DNA of 57,355 bases from a virus (taxonomy: Duplodnaviria; Caudoviricetes): IMG/VR virus record IMGVR_UViG_3300045020_000042, positions 1-57,355 of that record; one strand, 5' to 3'. This document shows positions 35,819 through 46,066 of the stretch, one piece after another. Under the pieces are notes generated by a model. That model saw nothing but the letters and a program-made list of their open reading frames with translations. It did no database searches and was not told the origin of the DNA. Each line of letters begins with the position of its first letter. The first letter of the stretch is position 1. The position numbers were made by a program, and so were the translations under genes.

Positions 35819-36390
35819 TTCATCCTCCGGATGCAGATGATCATCGTAATGCGGTCAATATCGCTTCCATTCACGACCCAGTGGTTCTTTTTGTTGTCAA
35901 ACAGCCAGATTTCACCAGTTTTCGGGTTCAGCTGCTCGATTATACCACCGTCGTCGCACCCGAAGATCGATCCTGGCGCGCTTTGGATCGAAAGGTAGAA
36001 CTTTTCGTAGTATTCAACGTGCCAGCCATAGTCTAGGTGGGGCGCGATACGTCCACCGGGGGGGATCTTCGTGATAAGTACGCCACCAAGCATCTCGCCC
36101 TCGACCCTGGCCATCAGTTCGGCGATGACCGGCCGTACAAACGGAGCCAGGACGTCATAGGCGGGGTACCAGATGGGCACGTGCACGTCGTTAAAGCGCC
36201 GGTAATCGCCTGAGGACTCGTAAGGAGCGACGTCGTTATAGCGAACCCAGATATCAGACATCTGAGCATGCGGCGATCCTGGCGACTCCTTGCGGATCCG
36301 GTGCGTATTCCACAGGTCTGGACGAGAGTCGAGCAGCATCGCGAGCGGCTCGACGTCGACTCCTTCGCAGATAAGTTCGAAGTGGTTCAT
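35815..36390 (-). CDS. Aspartyl/asparaginyl beta-hydroxylase family 2OG-Fe(II) oxygenase
   Basis: IPPGGRIAPHLD (HxD), GEIWLFDNKKNHWVVN...RITMII. Confidence 0.85.
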   Translation of the reverse strand: MNHFELICEGVDVEPLAMLLDSRPDLWNTHRIRKESPGSPHAQMSDIWVRYNDVAPYESSGDYRRFNDVHVPIWYPAYDVLAPFVRPVIAELMARVEGEMLGGVLITKIPPGGRIAPHLDYGWHVEYYEKFYLSIQSAPGSIFGCDDGGIIEQLNPKTGEIWLFDNKKNHWVVNGSDIDRITMIICIRRMK

Positions 36391-36734
36391 GAGTTTGAGA
36401 TCTGGTTCGCTGAAACGGTAAGGGTCACGACGTTCACAACGCTGGCGTTCGCATACAGCTCGTCGCCTGTGACCATGGTCAGGCCGGCGAGTTCGGTCGA
36501 GACGTAGGTCTCTCCGGGCTGCAGCGTTCGGCCCGGAATCATCGTGTTACCCGTAAGGGGGGCTCCAGATGCGGCCACGCAGTTCGCCGTGATCGTGCGC
36601 GGCACGGTATCCGTGTTGACAAAGACCGCCCGGGTGATCGACCAGGTGACTCCTGATGGGACTGATCCACCGTACGGCGCTGAGACGTTGCTCAGTGCCT
36701 GCGTTGGTACCGGCTTGATGTTCTGTACAGTCAT
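36387..36734 (-). CDS. Putative virion protein
   Basis: Beta-rich, tail module position. Confidence 0.65.
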   Translation of the reverse strand: MTVQNIKPVPTQALSNVSAPYGGSVPSGVTWSITRAVFVNTDTVPRTITANCVAASGAPLTGNTMIPGRTLQPGETYVSTELAGLTMVTGDELYANASVVNVVTLTVSANQISNS

Positions 36735-36737
36735 TGC

Positions 36738-37247
36738 TCACCTCGGAAAGAAGGCCATCGACGGTACGGTCGTGTACGTGACCGTGACGATGTCGAGGCG
36801 AGATACCGGGACCGCGCCGCCGCCCAGCAGCCCGGTGTTGTACGTGTTATTCCTCGTCAGGTCGATCTCAGTCACGATCCCACCACTGACTAGCACCGTT
36901 CCGTCAAACGGTGCCTGAAACTGAAACGGCGATGCACCCACAGTGATCGCCGATTCTGGCTGAGCCCGGGTCGATTGTGGAGGGTCGGATCGGGTCACGA
37001 TCAGGGTATGCAGGCTGTTGAGCTTCGCAATCACGCTCTCGATCGCCGCCCCCTCGTACAACAGCCCAGGAATGGTCGCAAGCAACGCCTCGGCGACGGG
37101 GTCGGTAACTGACGCGGGAGGTGGAATCGACCCGCCCGTCGTCGACACGCTTCCGAGCAGCGCGTCCAGGTTCTGCAGGAAAATGAACCACGGACCGTTG
37201 ATCGTCCGACCGTCGGGACCGAGCCATGGAACCTGGTTGCTGATCAC
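36738..37247 (-). CDS. Putative virion (tail) protein
   Basis: ITVGASPF motif, follows the gp10-like gene. Confidence 0.65.
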   Translation of the reverse strand: MISNQVPWLGPDGRTINGPWFIFLQNLDALLGSVSTTGGSIPPPASVTDPVAEALLATIPGLLYEGAAIESVIAKLNSLHTLIVTRSDPPQSTRAQPESAITVGASPFQFQAPFDGTVLVSGGIVTEIDLTRNNTYNTGLLGGGAVPVSRLDIVTVTYTTVPSMAFFPR

Positions 37248-38680
37248 GTTGGACCCCCATCGAGGTCAACGGCGACGATCGCCTGCGGCACCGGGTCGGT
37301 ACCCGAGAGTTCAAAGATCCGGTCCAGGCCGGCCGAGCGCTTCGTCGACCCCAGACGCTGGTAGATGATCCGTGAGGTAGTCGCTCCGATCTTGTTTCCA
37401 TCGGTCCACCACTCGTTCGACCAGGTGTAACCACCGTCGTCAGACCAGCGAAGCATGAACTGCGGGTCGAGACCGGGCGGGATGTTGAACCCAGTCATGC
37501 AGTCGATGAACAGTGAGTCGAACCGGAACGGAACGTACGACCGGGTGTTAGGCGGGAACGCGCGCCATGACCGCAGCCACTTACGGACGTTGCCGTTGTC
37601 CGTGTAGGTGTTGTTATCGAACGCGTACAGGTTGCCGTTCTGAAAGTCTCCGATCACCTGCTTGCCGTACGCAAACGCATGGCTGTTCCCGATGTGACGG
37701 CTAAACGCTCCGTTCGAGAACGCGGCCCGCTCATGCCACAGCTTCGTCGTGTAGTCGTACACGAAGGTCTGGTTACCGGACGGGAACGTCAGCACGTAGA
37801 AGATGTGGCCGGTGTCCTGGTACGTGTAGGCGATCGCGTCGGAGATCGTTGAGTACTGCGAAATGACGTACTCGATCGCATGAGTCGAGATCCGCGCAGC
37901 CTGGTAGCCGGCCGACATGTACACGATTCCCTGCCCCTGCTCGTCGCCGCCCAGCCACACGATGCTGTCGCCGATCCGCGAGACCGAGGACGGCGCGATA
38001 CAGCCGTTAGGGATCTGCACGCCTTGCAGGCGCTGGAACGCGAAGTTCGGGAGGCCAGCGTTGATCCATACCTCGATCCGATCAGACTTGAACAGCCAGA
38101 CCTCGCGGTGCAGGTCGTACATCGTAACGATCCCGAACGGCGTCGAGTCGGCCGACGAGAAGTTGAGTGCGCTCCACGTGGTGAAGTCGTTCAGGTTCGA
38201 CTGGTACCACTGGTTCGTTCCCACGAAGTTGACCAGTCCGAACCCGTCCTGATACGCGAGCACCATTGGAACTACACCGATCAGCGCGGGCAGCACGTTG
38301 ATGAACGCTCCGGTCACAAACACCAGGCACCAAGCCTTTTGTCCATCCACAAGAAGCAGCTGCTTCCCGTTATCAACCATCTGCACGGGACCCGTCGTCG
38401 TGCCGATGATTCCGAGAGGCGTTGCCACCCAGGTCGAGCTGACACTGAACAGCTGGTTACCGCTGACTACGTAAAGCACCCCGTTCGACGCGAAGTACGA
38501 CCCCCGTTGCGGTCCCGTACCGGCGCTGCCGAGCAGGTCCAGACCGGGGCATCCGTAAAGCGCACCGACAGCCTTCCCGTCCTTCGTATCAACAAACTCA
38601 GGAAAGAGGTTGATGCATCGGTTATCGGCTATCTCACGCGACCGGCCGACGTAGAATCCACCGAAGAACGGAGTGTCCAT
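37244..38680 (-). CDS. P22 gp10-like tail hub / packaged-DNA stabilization protein
   Basis: NLFPE, MVDNG, GCIAP.S, RISTHAIE, LWHER, LRWSDDGG.TWS. Confidence 0.9.
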   Translation of the reverse strand: MDTPFFGGFYVGRSREIADNRCINLFPEFVDTKDGKAVGALYGCPGLDLLGSAGTGPQRGSYFASNGVLYVVSGNQLFSVSSTWVATPLGIIGTTTGPVQMVDNGKQLLLVDGQKAWCLVFVTGAFINVLPALIGVVPMVLAYQDGFGLVNFVGTNQWYQSNLNDFTTWSALNFSSADSTPFGIVTMYDLHREVWLFKSDRIEVWINAGLPNFAFQRLQGVQIPNGCIAPSSVSRIGDSIVWLGGDEQGQGIVYMSAGYQAARISTHAIEYVISQYSTISDAIAYTYQDTGHIFYVLTFPSGNQTFVYDYTTKLWHERAAFSNGAFSRHIGNSHAFAYGKQVIGDFQNGNLYAFDNNTYTDNGNVRKWLRSWRAFPPNTRSYVPFRFDSLFIDCMTGFNIPPGLDPQFMLRWSDDGGYTWSNEWWTDGNKIGATTSRIIYQRLGSTKRSAGLDRIFELSGTDPVPQAIVAVDLDGGPT

Positions 38681-38704
38681 GCTTTTAGCTCAGTTAAGCT
38701 CAGT

Positions 38705-39016
38705 TTAGCCTGCGATCTTTGCCAGTTCTTCCAACTTCTTCTTCGCCACGGCCTTCGCTTCAGCGTGACGCTTTGGGTGAGCGTGGATCTCTGCAGCCCG
38801 CGCGAGCGTGTGCATGTCGCTGTGCGGGTCGTAGTACTCACGAATATCCTCACGCTTCGCCAGCGTCGGGACCGACGCGGCCTTGATCTTCGTGTTTCGC
38901 TCCTGCGCGTAACGTTCCATCGCAGACTTTCCCTGACCGTTCTTCTTGTCCACCTTCTTCGGAGCGTCAGGCTTGACTTCCTTTTTCCGCATCTGCATCG
39001 GGGTCGATTTCTTCAT
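38705..39016 (-). CDS. Basic hypothetical protein
   Basis: Lys-rich, AGGAG RBS. Confidence 0.7.
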   Translation of the reverse strand: MKKSTPMQMRKKEVKPDAPKKVDKKNGQGKSAMERYAQERNTKIKAASVPTLAKREDIREYYDPHSDMHTLARAAEIHAHPKRHAEAKAVAKKKLEELAKIAG

Positions 39017-39025
39017 GACGAGCTC

Positions 39026-39763
39026 CTATTGGTAACGGCCAGAGTAGATGTTGAAGTTCGGCATCCCGGACTTCGTGATTTCACGGTCAAACTTCGCCAC
39101 GTTGTTCCGCTTGTTCGCCCGCTTGATGGCCGCGAGTGACTTCGCCGCGATCTTGACCACGTCGGTCGAGACCGTTGCGTTCTTGCAGAACGGCGCGAGG
39201 TGAATCGCCAGGTTCGACTGGATCGCAAGCTCGTACCCGGGCGGCAGCATGAACTGCTGCGTGATCGACGACATGTCAACGAGCTGCTGGTACGAGTCCC
39301 AGAACAGCGTGTAACCCAGGGTCGGGTACGGCCAGATGTTGATCACACCAAGCGGGAACTGCGGGTCATACCACAGCGTGTCGGGAATGTCCGAGACCGT
39401 CGTCGAGCTGCGGTTCGCGATCTGGTTCCAATCCTCCTTCGTCACGACGTCAACCCGGTAGTTATTCCCGTTAAAGTCCTGGAGGTACGCCGCGCCGGGG
39501 CCCTCCATGATGCGGATCGGCCGCTGTTGCGCGATCACCGCCCCTCCGGTCAGTCCGATCGTGTAAGCGGCAAGGCCGGGTTGCAGCGGAAAGCTCTGCT
39601 CGAGGATCGCAAAGCACGCCTGCGGCTCGTTCGACCATGAGTCGAGCATCTTGTTCAGCTGGTCGAGACCCAGCAGCGCGTCACCACCGTTCATGGTCTC
39701 GTTTGACGCGAGATACCCAATCATCTGGTACGCGGACTTGATGATAGCGCCTGAGGTTGACAT
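39026..39763 (-). CDS. Head-tail adaptor (P22 gp4-like)
   Basis: II..A...IG, LN.MLDSW, LPPGYELAI..NLA..LAP. Confidence 0.8.
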   Translation of the reverse strand: MSTSGAIIKSAYQMIGYLASNETMNGGDALLGLDQLNKMLDSWSNEPQACFAILEQSFPLQPGLAAYTIGLTGGAVIAQQRPIRIMEGPGAAYLQDFNGNNYRVDVVTKEDWNQIANRSSTTVSDIPDTLWYDPQFPLGVINIWPYPTLGYTLFWDSYQQLVDMSSITQQFMLPPGYELAIQSNLAIHLAPFCKNATVSTDVVKIAAKSLAAIKRANKRNNVAKFDREITKSGMPNFNIYSGRYQ

Positions 39764-39778
39764 GAACGGCTCCTGGGG

Positions 39779-40258
39779 TTAACGCTTCTTCTTGACGCTA
39801 GTCGCTGCAGCCTCGGCCTCGCCTTCGGACGCTCCAGCGCCGGTCTCAGGCTCCCCTGGATCGTCGCCAGCGTCTCGCGCATCGTCGGGCGTAGCGTACC
39901 AGAAGCCGTCGAGCTTGTCCTGCGCTGCCTGGTCCTTGACGAGCTGGCTTACGACCTCGCCGTCCTCGCTCCGGTACAGGTACTTCGGGAACTCGACGTG
40001 CTTGTGGTGCACGGGCGTGCCGACTCCGGCCACGGCCGCGGCGTACGCCTCGGGGTCCGGGGTACCATTCGGAACGTAACCACGTGACGCGTAGAGCTGT
40101 TCCTGGTCGATGTTATTCACATAGACGGGCGGGAACTGGGCGGGTGAGCCAGGCGGCGCCTTGGTGATGGACTTGTCAGCGTTGACAATGTCTTGCGACA
40201 GGACGGCGGGCCGGTAGTTCGGGTGGCTCATCGCCTTCGGATATTCGGAAAAGGACAT
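39779..40258 (-). CDS. Hypothetical head-region protein
   Basis: Repeated EYPK/EFPK motif, GAGG RBS. Confidence 0.7.
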   Translation of the reverse strand: MSFSEYPKAMSHPNYRPAVLSQDIVNADKSITKAPPGSPAQFPPVYVNNIDQEQLYASRGYVPNGTPDPEAYAAAVAGVGTPVHHKHVEFPKYLYRSEDGEVVSQLVKDQAAQDKLDGFWYATPDDARDAGDDPGEPETGAGASEGEAEAAATSVKKKR

Positions 40259-40284
40259 CTCACACCTCGTGACGAGTTAAGGGC

Positions 40285-40530
40285 TTACGACGCGAAGAAC
40301 TCTTTGAGCTTGTCAAAGACCTCTTGAGTCATGTTGTGGAACTCGACCGGAATCTCGTTCACGAGCTTGTTGAACTTCGCGGTCTCGTTGTCCAGCTGAG
40401 CCTGGATCGCGTCACGCTGAGCCTGCAACTGAACGATTTTGGCTTCGATCTCTGCTTTCATGATGCTGCCTCCAATAGTTGGCATCGGGTACTGCGGTTT
40501 GAGGTTAAGATTCCACTTGATGCCGAACAT
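40285..40530 (-). CDS. Small coiled-coil protein
   Basis: Start at 40530 or at 40461 (GGAGG). Confidence 0.6.
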   Translation of the reverse strand: MFGIKWNLNLKPQYPMPTIGGSIMKAEIEAKIVQLQAQRDAIQAQLDNETAKFNKLVNEIPVEFHNMTQEVFDKLKEFFAS

Positions 40531-40534
40531 GGAT

Positions 40535-40726
40535 TCACCCCGCTTCGACTTGCAGCACGTGAGCGTCGCGCCAGCCATGAATCCGACCCTTGACAACCGC
40601 GAGATTCACCTGTTCGGCGAACGGGTAGAGCGCCTCGGGGTTATCCATCGCCGGCCCGATCGGGATCTCCTGGCTTACAGCGGTATCCGTCACATAGACC
40701 TGGAACAGCGGTACGTTCTTCTTCAT
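40535..40726 (-). CDS. Hypothetical protein
   Basis: AGGAG RBS, ATGA coupling. Confidence 0.65.
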   Translation of the reverse strand: MKKNVPLFQVYVTDTAVSQEIPIGPAMDNPEALYPFAEQVNLAVVKGRIHGWRDAHVLQVEAG

Positions 40727-41043
40727 TGCGGGTCTCCTACAAGACCTACAAGACCGACCACGGCGTCACGACGGATCAACGTCAGTTCTTGACCGTCGAT
40801 GACCTGTGTCACGCTGCAGACCGGGCTGAACTTCACCACATGACCGGGCCGGAGGTCCCACATCGAGTCGCGCCGGCGCGCGCTGAGCTTCAGACCCGGG
40901 CCGACAGCGAGCACCTCACCTTCCACGATCTCTTTCGTGAAACCCTCATCGACGTGCTCGCCGATGAAGATTCCGCTCTTTGTCTCAACCGGGTCCTTGT
41001 GCAACCGAACCACGATCCGGTCATGAAGTGGAGTTACTTTCAT
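40723..41043 (-). CDS. groES: GroES/Cpn10-like co-chaperonin
   Basis: MKVTPLHDRIVV, TKSGI, GEVLAVGPG, G..V.F. Confidence 0.88.
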   Translation of the reverse strand: MKVTPLHDRIVVRLHKDPVETKSGIFIGEHVDEGFTKEIVEGEVLAVGPGLKLSARRRDSMWDLRPGHVVKFSPVCSVTQVIDGQELTLIRRDAVVGLVGLVGDPQ

Positions 41044-41091
41044 CTCAGCCCTCAAGGGTTATGGGCCGCCAGACTGGCCGGCCCGCGTGTG

Positions 41092-41397
41092 TTACAGAGC
41101 GATCAGGCCCAGGTTCTTCAAAGCGATCACAAGGTCACCGATCGTGTAAGCGGTCGTGCCGATCGACCCATCGAACGTCGTGTTCACAAAAACGGCCGTA
41201 GTTGAACCGACGGTCGGGGTGTGAACGTTACCCGTCGGGCTGGCCGGCTGGGTGACCGGCGTCGCTCCGAAGAACGAGATTTTGTCTCCAACTCCGGACG
41301 ACGACATGATACCGGCCAGTCCAAGCGTGGTACCAACGGAATTGCCGTCCGACAACTGCTTGGGGATGTCGTTGGCAAGAGTAGTGCCTTCACTCAT
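41092..41397 (-). CDS. Putative capsid decoration protein
   Basis: KISFFGATPVTQP...ALKNLGLI, directly after the coat gene. Confidence 0.65.
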   Translation of the reverse strand: MSEGTTLANDIPKQLSDGNSVGTTLGLAGIMSSSGVGDKISFFGATPVTQPASPTGNVHTPTVGSTTAVFVNTTFDGSIGTTAYTIGDLVIALKNLGLIAL

Positions 41398-41439
41398 GAT
41401 ACTCTCCTTTACAAGGTCAGGTGTGCAGAACCGTTCCGA

Positions 41440-42624
41440 TCAGTTCGTGAGACGAACCGCGAGCTCCGGATAGTACGTCGTGGTACCGTACAAGATGTCA
41501 ATCCGGCAGGGGAACACATAGTTCTGGATGTCGAAGGCACGGATGATCGCCATCGAAATCCCCTTGTATTCCTGACGGGCCTTGAAGTCCACGCCTTCCG
41601 GCAGCTCGAGCGGCACGGTCACCAGGCCGAACGCGTCCTTCACGAACGCCAGGTTCTGCGCGTACTGCGTCGAAGCCGTTCCCAACACCGTGATCGCGGC
41701 ACCGTTCGCCGGCGAGTTCGACACGGTCTGGTACGCACCGGAGGTCGTGATTGCCGGGTAGATCGGAATCGTTGCAGCGCCACCGGCCGAGTTGACCGTT
41801 GCGGTGACCACGAAGTTCTGCAACACGCCCGTCGACTGGCGGTTCTTCGGGTTCACCGAGAACACGCCTGCGATGGTGAACACGTCGCCAACGTTCAGCA
41901 GGCCGTTGACCGAACCGGTCCAGCCGTTCGTGACGAGTGACGAGCCAGTCTGTGCTGCGCCGTTGACCACACCAGCACCGACGTACGCGCCAACCGTCTG
42001 GTTCTGGATGTTCTGGTCCTCGTAGATCTCCATGTTCGCAATCTTCGCGAGGAAACCCTTGAGGGCCGGTTCTGCGACCGACGTTACAAACAGCCCGGTC
42101 AGGCCCGAAGCGAGCGACCAGTACGCGGCCGGGTTCAGCATGACCACGCGGCCGTCTTGCGGCACCGAGCCTTCATCCATACGGCGACCGATCAGCGCGA
42201 CCGAGTTCGCGAACGAGCTCGGAACGGTGCCAGGCGTGCCAACTTCGTTGAACACCGACGTGAAGTTGCTGATCACGTCATAGTCCAGCTGGTTGGCAAG
42301 TTCGGCAGCGGCCGGCTTCAGGTAACGCTCGCTGAACTCCTCGATGACCAGCGTGAGTTCCTGGTTCGAAAACTGGAAATCCACGTGCTTCTGGTTGCTG
42401 ATCGTGATGCTGGTCGACGGTTCGACAACGTCCTGGATCTGCAGGCCCGGGCCCGACACGACCTTGAAACGGTTCGGTTTACGGACCGTCAGCGTCGAAC
42501 CAATCTTCACGAACTGGTTCTCGAACTGGCGGTTGACCTTGCCGGCCGCGACAAGGTTGTTCTCCAGCATCACGAGCGTTTCCTTCGAGATGATGGAGGG
42601 GGTGAGAACGGCATTGTTACTCAT
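41440..42624 (-). CDS. Major capsid protein (P22 gp5-like)
   Basis: LENNLV...NR...KIG.TL.VRKP, RYLKPA...LAN, GDVFTIAGV, NLAF.KDAF, RIDILYG. Confidence 0.92.
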   Translation of the reverse strand: MSNNAVLTPSIISKETLVMLENNLVAAGKVNRQFENQFVKIGSTLTVRKPNRFKVVSGPGLQIQDVVEPSTSITISNQKHVDFQFSNQELTLVIEEFSERYLKPAAAELANQLDYDVISNFTSVFNEVGTPGTVPSSFANSVALIGRRMDEGSVPQDGRVVMLNPAAYWSLASGLTGLFVTSVAEPALKGFLAKIANMEIYEDQNIQNQTVGAYVGAGVVNGAAQTGSSLVTNGWTGSVNGLLNVGDVFTIAGVFSVNPKNRQSTGVLQNFVVTATVNSAGGAATIPIYPAITTSGAYQTVSNSPANGAAITVLGTASTQYAQNLAFVKDAFGLVTVPLELPEGVDFKARQEYKGISMAIIRAFDIQNYVFPCRIDILYGTTTYYPELAVRLTN

Positions 42625-42669
42625 GATTCATGCTCCTTGTGTTGCGGCCGGGTAGAGTTAACGACCGCG

Positions 42670-43626
42670 TTACTTTTTACGTGCGTTGCGCTTCGCCGCG
42701 TATTCTTCCATCGACAATTCATCATCAGACTTCAGATTCGGCTCAGACGACCCTGTGAGCGGCTTGATCGGTGGCGTCGCCTTCGAGACCGGGACCTTGG
42801 GTGGCTTGTTCAGTTCCACCTTCAGCATGCCGAGTTCCATCAACTGGAGCTGCGGCGGCAGCTTCGAAATGCGTTCAGCGAGTTCCGGGTTCTTGCCAAG
42901 GTGGTACGCGAGCTTCGGCCCGGCATCGTCCGTCGAGATCGCCATGGCCATTGCAGGACTGATGTGCAGGTTCGGGTCCTCGGCAACTTCCACATAGTCA
43001 GGGGTCTCCTCGATCGCCTTCTGGCGGCGAGTCGCCCATGCCTGCTTATGCTGTTCCTGAGTGTTCCTTGCTGCCGTCTCAGTCTCCTCACGCTTACGGT
43101 TCGCTTCGGCCGCAGCAAGCTGCAGCTTCACGGTCCGTTCGGTGACCTTTTGCGTGTACACAGCCATGTCGCGCTGGTACTGCTCGGGGTCCTCGAAAGT
43201 CGGCGGCGTCGGCTCAGGATCCTCAACTACAGTCTCCTTCTTCACCGGCGCTACCGTCGTGGGATTGACCTTGTTCAACGCCTCGAGTGCAAGTTGCAGC
43301 TTCGCATCTGCGTCACGCTGGCGTCGGACGGCCTCGTCGCGCTCCTTCGTGATCTGACTGAAACGAACCTTGACCTTGTCCTCGGGTGTCGTTTCGGGCG
43401 TGCCTGCTCCCGTGCCACCCTCGCCAGCACCTGCGCCGCCACCTTCACCACCGGCTTCGCCCGTGCCAGATCCACCCTCGCCACCAGCAGTCTCGGTCCC
43501 CGACAGCTCGGTTGTTTCACCGCCAGTCGTGCCGGCACCGCCAGCTCCACCACCTGCACCACCCGCTCCTGCCTCGGCTTCTTCCTGCAGATAACGACCG
43601 AGAACCTTCGTCAACAAAATACTCAT
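42670..43626 (-). CDS. Scaffolding protein
   Basis: Gly/Glu-rich N-terminus, coiled coil, GP.LAYHLGKNP, MEEYAAKR; lies between portal and coat. Confidence 0.85.
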   Translation of the reverse strand: MSILLTKVLGRYLQEEAEAGAGGAGGGAGGAGTTGGETTELSGTETAGGEGGSGTGEAGGEGGGAGAGEGGTGAGTPETTPEDKVKVRFSQITKERDEAVRRQRDADAKLQLALEALNKVNPTTVAPVKKETVVEDPEPTPPTFEDPEQYQRDMAVYTQKVTERTVKLQLAAAEANRKREETETAARNTQEQHKQAWATRRQKAIEETPDYVEVAEDPNLHISPAMAMAISTDDAGPKLAYHLGKNPELAERISKLPPQLQLMELGMLKVELNKPPKVPVSKATPPIKPLTGSSEPNLKSDDELSMEEYAAKRNARKK

Positions 43627-43716
43627 GGCTGTTCTCCAAGGCCTTACAGCTCACGACCGCTGCCACGCGATCGCGCCAGTAAGGCTGGGTTGCCGGGAAA
43701 ACCGTCCCGGAGTCGG

Positions 43717-46065
43717 TTACATCTGCGCTGGGTTCCCGACCGGCGAAACGGGCAGAGCGGCCCCGTTCGGCGGTACTTGCGGGCTTCCCGGCGGTACGCC
43801 TCCGCTCGAGCCATCGGGCACGGGCGGACGAGTCTGATCCGTGATCGCTACGGCGGCCCGGACATCCTCGGACCCGATCTGTAGCGCCTTGCTCTTTGCG
43901 TCGACAAAAACCTTCATGATCTTGGCCTCGAAGTCCCGGTCGATCTTCAGCTGACGCACCGCGCGATCGGCCTTCTGGTCCGTGAGGTCCTTGAGCATCT
44001 GCATCCGTTCGGCCGCGAGCGTCGAGACCTGGGTCGTCAACGACTTGACGAACGACGCGATGGCCGGAGGCAGGTCGCGAGGGTCCGGTGCCAGCAGCTG
44101 CGGCGGCAGCGCCTTGACGAGGATCTTGTACGCCTCGTCCGCGCCGGGCCAGTCGCTGTACTTCGCGATCAGGTGAGCGATCAGCTGACCTTTCTCCGGG
44201 ATCACCCGGGCGAACTGCATCAGCTGTTCCATCGCCTCGATCCGTTTCGTTGCGTAGGACGGCCCGATCGTGACCGTTACCCCGTACTCGCCGACCGTCG
44301 GGTCGAAGATCTTGCGTGCCTGCGGGTTCTTCGCCGATGAGTTGTGCGTGAACGGCTGGCCCTGTTCGGGGTTCAGCATGATCTGCTCCTCGCTATCGTC
44401 CTCCTGGAGGATCGTGATCACGCGAGGCGTGTCATAAACCTTCGGAATCAGGTCGACGAGGATCCGTCCGACGTGCCGCAACGACCGGCACGAGTTGTCC
44501 ATGAAGTGATACGAGCCGATATCGACGTTCCGGCGGATCTCCTTCAGTGCCTTGCCCGACTCATCGTACAGCCGGTCCTGCGCGGTCGCGTCGAACCGGA
44601 CGCCGGTCGTCGCCATCATGTCTTGCTGGCTCGACTGCTCAGCCTGCACGATCCCCTCAGGGATCCCGACCATCGGCTGGCGCTGCGGCGGCGGCACGGG
44701 AACACCCTCGAGGCTCACCGGGTTGTACTCAAGCACCGTGAACGTCTTGACGTGCGCGTTCTCCCACTCGTACTCGTGGCCTTCCTTCTGGCCCTCAGCC
44801 ATGACCCACGGGGCTTTCGGTGCGAGCGCGACCATCTCGGTCTTCGCCGTTGCCCAGTAGTTCTTCATGCGCTGGGCGTCTTTCACGTTGCGGATCATCC
44901 CGCTACGAAGCACCTTGCCCTGGACGTCGATCTCCTCGCCCAGGAACTCGATCACTGGAATCCAGCGGCCCATCCACGGGATCGTCTCGAGTACCTCGAG
45001 CCCCGTGATCTTCCGCCACATGACGCGTTGCACCTCGCTCATGCGCTCGTTCAGGATCTCGACTTCGCCGTCCTCGATCTGCTTCTTGATGTCGTCGTGC
45101 AGCTCCTCATAGAACCCGGTGTGACCGGTCGACAGCTGCACGAGCCGCTTCAGGTCGTGCTCGATCGTGAAGTACTCGGCGACGCGCACGAACTCCTTCT
45201 GGATCCATTGCTGGAGGTCGTCTCCCGAGCCGCGTTCGGTCCAGCCGAGCGGGTCGGCGTTCGGGTACTTCTCATCGTACTCGCTGCGCTCGAGCAGGTC
45301 GGAGATAAACGCGAACTTCGCATCGCAGCCGTCCGGCTCCTGGCGCTCTGGGTCCATGTACACGCGGAATGCGTTACGGATCCGCTGGATCATGATGATC
45401 TGGTTGAACGAATCCTGCCGTTCATACTCGGTAATCACGCGGCAGTAGCCGAACCCGATGTTCACGGCCGATGAAATGGCGGTGTCGTATGCGATGTCGG
45501 CCTGGCAGTCACGCTCGATCCCGTTGATCATCCCGGCGAACGCCTTTGCGCCTTCCTTATCGGCGACCATGCCGACGGGCGAGATGTTGATCGCGGGCCG
45601 GTTCTGGCGCAAGTCGTTCGACACCTGGTGAGTCAGCGTCGGCACGGTGTTAATCGTCAGGCACGGGCGCTTGTCGTTCGAGCGCTGCTGCGCGACGTCG
45701 GCGGGCCACTGGTCGCCGGCGAGGAACTTCAGGTCCTCGAGCGCTTTCTTCCGGTTCTCGTCCTCGGCCTCGATGCACCGCTTGAACCGTTTGCGCGCAG
45801 TCTCGACGATCTTATCGTCCAAGCGACGCTGCTTCGCCCGTTCCTTGTCGCGCTCGGCCTGTTCGTCCTTAGCGACGTCCTCCGCGCTCCTGACCGGTCC
45901 TTGATCGTCGTCTCCGGGCTTCTTCTTGTCCGGGTCGCGTTTAGACCCGCCCTTTGCCGTGCCGGGCGGCTTCATCGACTTGGAATAGGTCTTGTTCATC
46001 CCGGGTTCCTGCTTCGGGATGCCGATCTTGCCGCTGTCGCGAGGTTTCGTTGGGTCTTGCGCCAC
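43717..46065 (-). CDS. Portal protein (P22-like)
   Basis: DLKFLAGDQWP, RPCLTIN, KDAQR..NYW, ESGKA, GPSYATKR. Confidence 0.92.
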   Translation of the reverse strand: MAQDPTKPRDSGKIGIPKQEPGMNKTYSKSMKPPGTAKGGSKRDPDKKKPGDDDQGPVRSAEDVAKDEQAERDKERAKQRRLDDKIVETARKRFKRCIEAEDENRKKALEDLKFLAGDQWPADVAQQRSNDKRPCLTINTVPTLTHQVSNDLRQNRPAINISPVGMVADKEGAKAFAGMINGIERDCQADIAYDTAISSAVNIGFGYCRVITEYERQDSFNQIIMIQRIRNAFRVYMDPERQEPDGCDAKFAFISDLLERSEYDEKYPNADPLGWTERGSGDDLQQWIQKEFVRVAEYFTIEHDLKRLVQLSTGHTGFYEELHDDIKKQIEDGEVEILNERMSEVQRVMWRKITGLEVLETIPWMGRWIPVIEFLGEEIDVQGKVLRSGMIRNVKDAQRMKNYWATAKTEMVALAPKAPWVMAEGQKEGHEYEWENAHVKTFTVLEYNPVSLEGVPVPPPQRQPMVGIPEGIVQAEQSSQQDMMATTGVRFDATAQDRLYDESGKALKEIRRNVDIGSYHFMDNSCRSLRHVGRILVDLIPKVYDTPRVITILQEDDSEEQIMLNPEQGQPFTHNSSAKNPQARKIFDPTVGEYGVTVTIGPSYATKRIEAMEQLMQFARVIPEKGQLIAHLIAKYSDWPGADEAYKILVKALPPQLLAPDPRDLPPAIASFVKSLTTQVSTLAAERMQMLKDLTDQKADRAVRQLKIDRDFEAKIMKVFVDAKSKALQIGSEDVRAAVAITDQTRPPVPDGSSGGVPPGSPQVPPNGAALPVSPVGNPAQM

Positions 46066-46066
46066 C

